NCBI RefSeq assembly: GCF_009914755.1
Contig: NC_060927.1
Origin: the human T2T-CHM13v2.0 reference genome, Homo sapiens
Length of the DNA stretch: 64,000 nt
Strand: one strand, 5' to 3'
The position numbers and the translations under genes were made by a program. Under the pieces are notes generated by a model. That model had not been told where the DNA came from. It searched no databases and worked only from the letters and a program-made list of their open reading frames with translations. Below are positions 1 to 12,638 of the stretch, in pieces. The first letter of the stretch is position 1; each line of letters begins with the position of its first letter.

Positions 1-547
<547 letters not shown>

Positions 548-705
548 TGTTTTTGAGGCTTTTTTTTTGAGGCTTTTCCCTGTGTGGAGCATATATTAAT
601 TTTTGTTGCTGAGAAGTATTCCATTGCCTAGATTTACTACAATTTGTTTATCCATTTTCCTGTGGATGGATATTTGGGATATTTCCACTCTGGGGCCATT
701 GGTGA

Positions 706-1093
<388 letters not shown>

Positions 1094-1117
1094 TAAATTT
1101 CCGTTGTTTCTTTAAGT

Positions 1118-1538
1118 TGTGTTAGTCTGTTTTGTGTCATTATAAAGCATACCTGAGACTGGGTAATTTATAAAGAAAAGAGGTTTATTTGGCTCATGGT
1201 TCTACAGACTGTACAGGAAGCAGGGCACCAGCATCTGCTTCTGTTGAGGCCTCAGGAAGCTTCCAGTCATGGTGGAAGGCAGAGGGGGAGCAGGTGTGTC
1301 ACATGGTGAGACAGGGAGCAATGGGAAGAGAAGGGAAGTCCCAGACTCTTTTTAACCAGCCAGCTCTCTTGTAAACAAATAAGAGTGAGGACTTACTCAT
1401 TACTGTGGGGAGGGCACCAAGTCATTCATGAGGGATCCACCCCCATGACCCAAACACCTCCCACTAGGCTCCACCTTCAGCATTGGAGATCACATTTCAA
1501 CATGAGATTCAAAGGGGACAAACATCCAAATAATATCA
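1118..1538 (-). mobile_element. ERVL-MaLR solo LTR (MSTA/MSTB-type)
   Basis: TGTGTTAGTCTGTTTTG...ATACCTGAGACTGGGTAATTTATAAAGAAAAGAGGTTTA...CAACATGAGATT...AAACATCCAAA is the reverse complement of an MST LTR. Confidence 0.8.
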
Positions 1539-1571
1539 TGAGCCATTCAGTTTAAATTTACCACCAGTCAA

Positions 1572-1876
<305 letters not shown>

Positions 1877-1949
1877 TTATTGCCTATTATAATTTGTTGT
1901 GACAGCCCTAGGAAGCTAATATATCTACCCAGGATTGCAAACGATTTCT

Positions 1950-2857
<908 letters not shown>

Positions 2858-3153
2858 AGTTTCTTTAATAGAGCTATTTAGGGATCTTTTGGACGGAGTT
2901 TCGGTAGTGTCTTTCCAGAAATTTGTTTCATCATACAAATTTATCGAAATAAAGTTGTTCAAAATAGTTCCTTATTCTTTTAATGTTTCTAGGTACTCAC
3001 TTTCCCAATTTTGGTAATTTCTTTCTTAATTTGGCTAGAGGTTTATTAATTTTATTGGTTCTTTTTTTCCCCTAAAGAAGCAGTTTTGTATCGATTTTCT
3101 TTCTGTTGTTTTGGGGTTGTTGTTGTTGTTTTTGTTTTGATTGATTTCCTTTG

Positions 3154-3467
<314 letters not shown>

Positions 3468-3612
3468 TAATTTCATTGATTTCTGCTTTTTTTTTAATCT
3501 TCCCTTTAACCTACTTTGGGTTTAATTTGCTTTTTTCCTTAAAGTTTAAATTTAGGTTATTGAATTGAGCCCTTCTTTTTGAAAACAGGCAAATATAAGA
3601 ATATCAGAAGAG

Positions 3613-3921
<309 letters not shown>

Positions 3922-4109
3922 GAATATCAGAAGGAAAAATGCAAAAGTATATGACTTTTACAAATATATGACAAATTAAAATTGAATTTTGAGTTTTACC
4001 AATATTCTTACATTTGTATCATGGCTTTTTAAAGGTCTTTTTTCTGATAATATAAATAATACATCCTGTTAAAAAAATTTCAAAGGATATAGAGAATAAT
4101 GAGGAATGG

Positions 4110-4445
4110 CATTAGTCAGGAAAGGCCAAATCCCATTGACTTAATGCAACAAAGGTTTATTTCTTGCTCATACTATACACCCATTGTGAATCGCCAGGGG
4201 CTTTGCTTCACATGGTCACTCAAGGACCCAGGTTGACAGAGGCTCCACCATCTTGTAATGTACCATCTGGAATGCATTGCCTCCCCGCCTCCCCAGCCCA
4301 TGATGGGGAAGACAACAATGAAGGGCAACTCATCTGCAATAAAATGTTTTGGCCTGGTAGACCATTAACTGTAGGGATCAAAGAACAAAAATCCTCCATG
4401 GGCAGAAGCAGAGATGAAGCAGGCATGTGGGTGAGCACTATAATT
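4110..4445 (-). mobile_element. old MaLR LTR (MLT1J/K-like)
   Basis: CAACAAAGGTTTATTTCTTGCTCA...CACTCAAGGACCCAGGTTGACAGAGGCTCCACCATCTTG motifs. Confidence 0.55.
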
Positions 4446-5194
4446 CTACACTGAAGGAGAAAAATAAAAATCATCTATCCCCTACCTTGAGATAACCTCT
4501 GCTTGCTGTCTTCTGCCTGGCCTCACTGGCCTTCCTTATCGCCAGCCTTATGTTTGGGTTGGTGGGAATTACTCCTGCTTCTGGCAGATCACTGATAATT
4601 CTTGGTTATGTTCTACCTTTGCGCCTCTTTTGTCAGATTTTATCAGTGTATAAATAAAACAGGAAAGGACAAATCAAGAATCTCTCACTAGTTGTCTTAA
4701 TAAGGAAATTTCATATTTCTTTTTAAAACTTTGCTTTAGAATATCTCTGGAAATATATACAAATAACTGGTTATAGTGGTTGTATCTAGGGAGGGAAACT
4801 GGCTAGACAGCGCTGGGCAGAGTGGGGGTGTTGGAGGGAGGATTGGGTGGCACAGGTAACTTTCACTGTAATACACATCTGTCACCCAAGTTTTGTATCA
4901 TGTAAATTATATCACCTATTTTTAAAAATAAGTAAAATAAAAACATTTCCATATTTTCTATATTGAATATAACTGTACTGTGCAAATGGATGAATGCAAA
5001 ACATTATCAGAGTTGAGTGACTTTTTTTTTCCACTGAATTTGGACACATCAAGCGAAGACCACATTTCAAATACAAACTCTTCAAAGTTTATATTTACCT
5101 TTTGGAGGGATAAAATTTCATTATCCAAATGGATAGTCAAGTCACAATCCTATGGATATCAGTAATCAGTACAGTCACTGTTACTTGAATGTCG

Positions 5195-5505
5195 CTTTTT
5201 TATTTTTTTAATTATTATTTTTTTTTTGAGACAACTGTGTCTCACTCTGTTGCTCAGGCTGGAGTGTAGTGGTGCAATCTCGGCTCACTGCAACCTCCCC
5301 GTCCTAGGTCCAAGCGATTCTCCTGCTGCAGCCTCCTGAGTAGCTGGGATTACAGGCGCCCGCCACCACGCCTGGCTAATTTTTGTATTTTTAGTAGAGA
5401 TGGGGTTTCAGCATGTTGACCAGGCTGGTCTTGAACTCCTGGCCTCAGGCAATCCGCCTGCACCAGCCTCCCAAAGTGCTGCGATTACAGGCATGAGCCA
5501 CCACA
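5195..5505 (-). mobile_element. Alu SINE
   Basis: reverse Alu dimer. Confidence 0.92.
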
Positions 5506-5589
5506 TGTTGGTTTTTTAGAAAGCTCTTTCACATACATACATTGGGTCCTTTTCTACATTTCCAGTGAGTTAAGCCATAATTGTGGTTT

Positions 5590-5770
5590 ACTGAAGAACG
5601 TGAGCTTTGAAGTCAGACTTGAGGTTGAACTTTAGCTCCAACACTTACGAGTCATGGGACCTAGGGAAATGTACTTATTAACCACAAGCCTGTTTTCCTC
5701 ATGGGGAAAAATTATATATACCTTTTATGACTGTTGTTAAGAATTAGAAAAACAGTATGTAAAACCCCTG
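5590..5770 (+). mobile_element. MIR SINE fragment
   Basis: GCTTTGAAGTCAGAC...GCTCCAACACTTAC...CCTGTTTTCCTCAT core-like text. Confidence 0.55.
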
Positions 5771-6080
5771 ATAAGGCTATTTCTCCCACAGGCTTGCTCC
5801 ACTTATCGGGCTCACCAAATACAGCTGCAGTATGAATTCCATCTTCTACACAACAGTAAACCAGAATGTTCATGTTCACAGCGTTCATCTCCCATCCTGT
5901 TGTCTAACGCACATGGTTTTTTTAAACTTTTCTAAGATTGCATGAGATTCTGCAACACAACTGATTATAAAAACACTTGAAGTTTTTACCTTTTTTTTTA
6001 CTTTCCAACTCTCGTGAATGTACAGAGGACTTTCCAGAAGCTACATGATGTGTGATATTTCAGCTGATGAAATGTAGATG

Positions 6081-6533
6081 TATAGGTAATCGGTCAGAGT
6101 GGTGGGAGAAACTGTTGGGAAAGGAGCAGGCCTTCTGAAAGGTCGGAAGGCTTCAGGGGAGAATAAGCTGAACGCAGCTGTTCTCTGACCTTGAGGCAGA
6201 GGGCAAGGAGTAGGTACAAGGACGTGTAGGAGAATTTATCTTAAATAGGCTTGTTCACTTGTGTTGTCCAGAAACGACTTTTGATCATCAGCGCGCATGA
6301 CTGCTCCCTGAAAGGAAGAACAATAATGTTAATTACCCGCAGACTGTGTTTGCTCCAGGCTTTCGGCATTATGTCTGTACTGAATAAAAGCAAGCAGCTC
6401 CAGCTGTTCGAGGCTGCTCTCTTCTTCAGCCATTAGTGCCGGGCAGCCCACTAGCTGCTGTTACACTGCATATCTGTGTCTGAGTACTCCTTTCTTCAGT
6501 TGCTTGGCCAGGGTCTGTGGGACAGACCCAGCA
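6081..6533 (+). repeat. 5' LTR (LTR22-type)
   Basis: begins TATAGGTAATCGGTCAGAGTGGTGGGAGAAAC (terminal TG reads TA), ends GACAGACCCAGCA; AATAAA at 6383-6388. Confidence 0.9.
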
Positions 6534-6535
6534 GC

Positions 6536-6553
6536 TGGTGCCCTGTGTGAGGA
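6536..6553 (+). promoter_or_regulatory. retroviral primer binding site for tRNA-Met
   Basis: TGGTGCCCTGTGTGAGGA matches 17/18 the complement of the elongator tRNA-Met 3' end (TGGTGCCCCGTGTGAGGA); a Met PBS is characteristic of HML-5. Confidence 0.85.
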
Positions 6554-6683
6554 ACGCTGCAATGGATCGCGACGGAACCCTCGAAAACGAAGGTGAAGAG
6601 ACTGCGCAGTAAGCCAGTAATTGGAATTGGAGCCCTCTTGGGATTTCCAAGTTCGAGGGAATTTTCAAGCTAGGGTTTCACAT

Positions 6684-7380
6684 TGGGACAACACTTACTC
6701 AACAGAAACAGCATATAAAAGTATTGAAACAACTGCTTAAAGCTGGTGGAGCCTCAGTTTGAGGCCCAATTAAGGGACCTAATGCAAACTCTTGTTTTCC
6801 ATAACCCATAGTTCCCAGAAGAAGGCACGTTAGACCTAGAGCTCTGGGAGCAAGTGGGAAGAAATCTTAAACGACATCATGCACAAGGGCAATGGGGTCC
6901 CAGTAACATCTTTAACATTATGGGCCTTAGTTAGGGCTGCTTGGGAGGAAGAACCATCATCTACCTTACTGCCTCCGCCTCCTCCCCCAGCCCCACCGTT
7001 ACCGGGTAAAGGTGCCACAGAGGAGACAGAGGTTTTCCCTGAGCCCCCTCCCCCAATAAACTGGAAAAAGGACAAGGGATACACTACAGTTATGGGACCC
7101 TGTCTTAAGCAAGCGGCATTAGAAGGGGAGCTCTTGGTCTGCCTGGTAATGCAAGATCAACAAGGCAATCGGGTACATGAACCCATTACTTTCAACACTT
7201 ACAAAGAGATAAGAAAAAGCATTAGAGAAAATGGAGCCGCTAGCCCGTTTATGAAAGGATTAATTGAGGCCATGGCAGACAACTTCCATATGACCCCATG
7301 GGACTGGTCAGTGCTAAAACAACTTTAGAGGCAAGTCAATACCTCCTCTAGAGGGCAGAATTTGATGAATTATGTGCAGC
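6684..7380 (+). pseudogene. degenerate betaretroviral gag (MA, Pro-rich region, N-terminal CA)
   Basis: HNP*FPEEGTLDLELWEQVGRNLK (matrix-like) and YKEIRKSIRENGAASPFMKGLIEAMADNFHMTPWDW (CA-like); start lost, with stops and frameshifts. Confidence 0.85.
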
Positions 7381-7480
7381 AGACCGCTTTACGCAAAGCC
7401 AGAACACGAGCTGTAACTACTGCGCCTGTCAAACCTGGCACTGCACACATCTGTACTCTTCAATCAACAAAACCTGATGC

Positions 7481-7496
7481 AAAAAAAAGGGGGAGA
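7481..7496 (+). promoter_or_regulatory. polypurine tract
   Basis: AAAAAAAAGGGGGAGA immediately before the 3' LTR TG. Confidence 0.85.
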
Positions 7497-7955
7497 TGTA
7501 GATCAGTCAGAGTGGTGGGAGAAACTGTAGGGAAAGGAGCAGGCCTTCTGGAAGGCCGGAAGGCTCTACATAGCTTCCGGGGGAGAATAAGCTGAAGGCA
7601 GCTGTTTTCTGACCTTGAAGAGGGCAAGGAGTAGGTACAAGGACGTGTAGGGGAATTTATCTTAAATAGGCTTGTTCACTTGTGTTGTCCAGAAACCGAC
7701 CTTTGATCATCCGCATGCATTACTGCTCCCTGAAAGGGGGGACAGTAATGTTAATTACCCACAGACTGTGTTTGCTCCAGGCTTTCGGCATTATGTCTGT
7801 ACTGAATAAAAGCAAGCAGCTCCAGCTGTTCAAGGCTGCTCTCTTCTTCGGCCACTAGTGCTGGGCAGCCCCCTAGCTGCTGTTACACTGCTTATCTGTG
7901 TCTGAGTACTCCTTTCATCCGTTGCTCGACTAGGGTCTGTGGGACAGACCCGGCA
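7497..7955 (+). repeat. 3' LTR (LTR22-type)
   Basis: TGTAGATCAGTCAGAGTGG...GACAGACCCGGCA; AATAAA at 7805-7810. Confidence 0.9.
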
Positions 7956-8438
7956 TAGATGAAAATTCAGCTGTCTGCTATTAAGCCAGACACTAAAGCA
8001 AGTTGTGAAATGTGAAACAATGCCACTCTGCTCACTAAATTATTGTTTGGTAAAATATAGTAATTTTTACCATATTATTTAAATAACATTTTAAAAATGT
8101 TATTGATGTTAACATGCATCAAGGGTCAAAGGGTCCTGAAACCAAACACTTTGGAGGACAGCTGCTTTATCCTGTGGCTGAAAACTATAAAGCAAGATTC
8201 CTTTAAGTAAATGTGGTGTATGCATCAATCTCTCCATCTTTGGTGTGCTTTCAATCCAAGTATCCCCTTTCTTCCTTTTGCAAGAAAGAAACTAAGAATG
8301 TAAGCAGTTACTTCCTGGCTTCAGTCCCACAAAAAGCTACAATTTTTCTAAGCAGTGATCTGGAACCAGTTTAACTGGACTCTTGCTATTAAGATAGCTC
8401 TTAATGATGTTTCATTTTGTTTTCTATCTTTCACACAG

Positions 8439-8562
8439 AGCTTACTCACATAGCATATTGGTATATCAAAATGAAATGCAAGGAACCAAAAATAACATAA
8501 TTGAAGGCAGTAAAAGTGAAATTAAATAGGAAGATCATCAGTCAAGGAAGACCCACTGGAGA
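8439..8562 (+). other. GPR160: GPR160 5'UTR (non-coding) exon
   Basis: polypyrimidine tract TTTTGTTTTCTATCTTTCACACAG acceptor and GA|GTAAGT donor; consistent with my recollection of the GPR160 leader. Confidence 0.8.
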
Positions 8563-9374
8563 GTAAGTATGCAAGTTGTTAATAATTAATTGGGTTACAA
8601 AGGGAAAAACAGAGACTGGGTCAGTGAAACGAAATCATGGTTTGTTTCCCTGAGGCCCTGCTAATACCTCCAAACTGGGCCAGATCGTAAAGCAAGATAC
8701 CTTGAAAAGGACTTTCATGTTAACTTTTCAGGTTGCATATGAGTTCATTCACAAGTAGTTTAAAGAATCATGCAGGAAAAGGACCAGATCTTGTAAATCT
8801 CTTGAGTCCCTGTATTTTGTGAACATTTTTCTAGAGAAAATTCAGGTAGCTTATCAAAGGATTTCTGTCTTGTTCAGGGAGTTGTTTTAAAAAACAAAAT
8901 ATTGGAATTTTGAACACTTATAGTGGTTTACAGGGTAATTGGGGTAGAGTACATAAAATTGGTGTCGTCTAAGAAAGCTCTGATTGGTTTCCATGATCGT
9001 GGTATTCAGGAACTATCGTAAATTGGCCAAAATCTTGTTTTCCAGTTTCTTCCTTTCGCTTTTTATTGCCTCAAGTTGCCTGTCTTCCCCGCTCTTATTT
9101 TTCTTCTAGCTTTATGATTCTCTTACATGTTCCATGTCGGACTTGTCTTCTTTATTCCAGTCATCTTCTGAAGAGGTTCTTGGTTCCTGCCTTGGTGGCT
9201 GTAGCTGATTCTCTTTCTCCTCTGTGGACCTTCCTCATCCCCTAGGAGACACAAGCGTCCTCCTCCAGGTCCTCCTCCTCCCTACTTTTGTCATCTTCCA
9301 GGTGCCTCCACCTGTCAAGAGTCAATGATGAAACGGGAACTTGGAAAACATCCCTTGGATGTTGCCTACCTGGC

Positions 9375-9666
9375 TTTTCTTTTTGCGACAGAGTGTCAAT
9401 CTGGCACCCAGGCTGGAATGCAGTGGCATGACTTGGCTCACCACAGCCTTGACCTCCTGGGCTTAGGTGATCCTCCCACCTCTGCCTCCCAAGTAGCTGG
9501 AACTATAGGCCCCCACCACCACACCCGAGTAATTTTTGTATTTTTTGTAGAGACTAGGTTTCACCATGTTGCCCAGGCTGGTCTTGAACTTCTGAGCTCA
9601 AGTGATCTACCCACCTTGGCCTCCCAATGTGCTAGGATTACAGGCATGAGCCACGGCCCCCAGCCT
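9375..9666 (-). mobile_element. Alu SINE
   Basis: reverse Alu dimer. Confidence 0.9.
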
Positions 9667-10249
9667 GACTTGGCTTTCCTTACTTAATTTAGAACAGGAG
9701 TTATAAAAGTTAAAATCATGTGAGACAGATGATTCTATTCTTTTATCCTAAAGTTACATTTTTGAAAAATGGGTCTTTATGAATCCACAAAATTTCCTCA
9801 CCCTCATTTTAAACCAACATTGGTTGTTTAAAACTAAGGCTTTTTTGTTTTCATTTTTGGCACAAGGGGGACTTCATATGGTCTTACTCATCTTGGCTTC
9901 TTTATCCAAGCAACACCACTTGTAAGACCAATGGCATTTGTCAAGTTGGCAGCTACATTTCTGTGCCCTTGTATATCAAATCTGGAATGCAACTTTTTTG
10001 GATAAGATCAAATTAAACTGTACTATGTTTAAATACAGGGGAAAAAAACTTGAGTGTGGGAAGTACTTGTTTGATTGGGTCTTTTATAGTTATGAAAATA
10101 GATTTTGTATTATTGCCTTTACACATATATACGTTTGTATAAGTAGATTATTTGTATACCTTAATAAGTTATCTTATGACAGATTTATGGCCATGAGAGT
10201 AATGGTTCAATCTGTCATCAAAACTGATAGCCCTCTCTCACAGTGATTT

Positions 10250-10675
10250 ATTTTTATTTTAGGTTCAGGGGTACATGTGCAGGTTTGTTATAAACTCATA
10301 TCAGGGTGGTTTTCTGCACAGATTATTTTGTCACCCAGGTACTAAGTCTAGTACCTAATAGTTATTTTTTCTGCTTCTCTCCCTCCTCCCACCCTCCACC
10401 CTCAAGTAGACCCCAGTGTCCGCTGTCCCCTTCTTTGTGTCCATGTGTTCTCATCATTTAGCTCCCACTTATAAGTGAAAACATGCGGTATTTGGTTTTC
10501 TGTTCCTGCGTTAGTTTGCTAAGGATGATGGACTCCAACTCCATCCATGTTCCTGTGAAAGACATGATCTCTTGTTTTACACTGCATAGTATTCCATGGT
10601 ATATATGTACCACATTTTCTTTATCCAATCTGTCACTGACAGGTATTTGGGTTGATTCCATGTTTTTACTATTGT
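10250..10675 (-). mobile_element. 5'-truncated L1 3'UTR (L1PA/L1PB-type) with TSD
   Basis: GTACATGTGCAGGTTTGTTA...TTTAGCTCCCACTTATAAGTGA...GCATAGTATTCCATGG; flanked by TCACA(G/C)TGATTTAT direct repeat. Confidence 0.85.
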
Positions 10676-11073
10676 CACACTGATTTATCTTCAGACAAAA
10701 TTATTTAATCATCAGTGACCTATTTTTAGGCAAATTTAATTTTTTCAGTTTTCAGACTCAAAACTCCATTTTTTTCCTTAAAGTTTGGGAAAAAGAAAGT
10801 ATACTACTACTGTATTGGTAACTTGATATGTACCTTTTTAGCCTTTTCCTATGCATGTATTTCTTACATGACATGTTGCTGCATAATTTTGTAACCTGCA
10901 TTTCACTTAACATACTGTGAAAATTTATCATGACATTATTTTTTTAACATGTACCAAATTCACAAGGCTTAAAATTTAACAAATGAAGGTAGAGTGAAAA
11001 GTATGAAAACTAAGTCTTCCTCCTATCCTGAGAAACATTTTTAATGGCTGCATATCATAAAGATGACCATATC

Positions 11074-11245
11074 CAGGGTGAGCATCCCTAATCCAAAATC
11101 TGGAATCTGAAATGCTCTAAAATCCAAAACTTTCTGAGCACTGACCTGATGCTCAAATGAAAGTGTGGGTTTTTGGATTAGGGATGCATTCAAGATCCAA
11201 AACACTTCTGGTTCCAAGCATTTCTGATAAGGGATACTCAACCTG
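11074..11245. mobile_element. TcMar-Tigger MITE (Tigger4a/MER46-like)
   Basis: terminal inverted repeats CAGGGTGAGCATCCCTAATC ... GATAAGGGATACTCAACCTG. Confidence 0.75.
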
Positions 11246-11246
11246 T

Positions 11247-11605
<359 letters not shown>

Positions 11606-12638
11606 TGACTGGGTTTGTTGTTCTTGTCATTTTTGGGGTTTTTTTTTTTTTTTGGTTTTTGTTTTTGTTTTTTTGCTATTTATAAATACTGCGATTGAGT
11701 AGTATTGTAGAAATAAGTTAAGTTTGGGTCAACTGATTTTTTTTAAGGATGTGTTTCTTGAATCTCCTACCTTTCCTTTCAGTCCTTTCCTGATTCTTCT
11801 TCTGACTTCTTTCATCATCTTTTTCCTGCTTCCAAAATGTATGTATCACTGAAGCCTCAACTCCTATTCCTTTGCCTTTACCTACCGCTTCCTAATGTTC
11901 TCATGTATCCATACTGAGTCCCTGTTCCTTCCCTGTATTCTCGTCTCTCCACATGCCATACCTGAAAGATCATATCCAGAAGATAAACACTTTTCTTTCT
12001 TTCCTTTACCTATGTTCTCATTATTTTTAGCTGAAACCACCTGTTTTCAGAGCTTCAGGAAAAGACTTAATCTGAAGGATCCTGCAGCTAAAAAGCTTTG
12101 AAAACTGTGTTAAGGGGCCCCATAAGCATCGCTTCTAAACTTCACTGACAAAAGGGACTGGGGTCATGCTGTCTGGAGTCAGAGTGAGGTGGGGTTAAAA
12201 GCTCTATGTGGTTGTTTTGCATATTACTATCAAGCTTCTATTTTAGGCATGAGTTTTGGCCCTGGTAGATAAAACCATTTCTCTATCTAAAAGTTATTAA
12301 AACCTGTACTTATATATAGAAGTTAGTAATTTATATATAACATTTTGGTTTAAAAATCTCTGAGTTCTGGACCATCTGGGTCTCAAAAAAATGACCAGAG
12401 TATACACATTAATTATGTTCTGTATTCTATTAAGTATTATGTGACATATAATTCTTATTCATATATTTATTTGGGGAAATGATTGAATTAGGCTTTTAAG
12501 AATAGTGGTGCTTGCTTTGTAAAGTTTCAAAATAGATAACATTAAGGTTTTCTTTTCACTTTTTTTGCAGGGACAGAAAATGAAGCAGTGTTTTATCATG
12601 TGTATTTCAGCAGGTCTTCTTGAAATTTAACTAAAAAT

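Larger units (their letters stand above)
6081..7955 (+). mobile_element. internally deleted endogenous betaretrovirus provirus, HERV-K(HML-5)/HERVK22 with LTR22
   Basis: two ~455-bp direct-repeat LTRs; 6-bp TSD TAGATG (6075-6080 and 7956-7961); PBS; PPT; gag remnant. Confidence 0.9.
5960..8164 (+). mobile_element. hAT-Charlie1-type DNA transposon fossil split by the ERV
   Basis: TTTCCAGAAGCTACATGATGTGTGATAT (left of ERV) continues as CAGCTGTCTGCTATTAAGCCAGACACTAAAG...AAACAATGCCACTCT...GGGTCCTGAAACCAAA (right of ERV), resembling the Charlie1 3' end from memory. Confidence 0.65.

Noticed and set aside
4815-4850. Four G-tracts resembling a G-quadruplex
   Set aside because: Long loops; lies in an old L1 3' end where G-rich tracts are routine
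6879-7328. 149-aa gag ORF as a functional protein
   Set aside because: Internal fragment of a gag with lost start, upstream stop and frameshifts, and a truncated capsid
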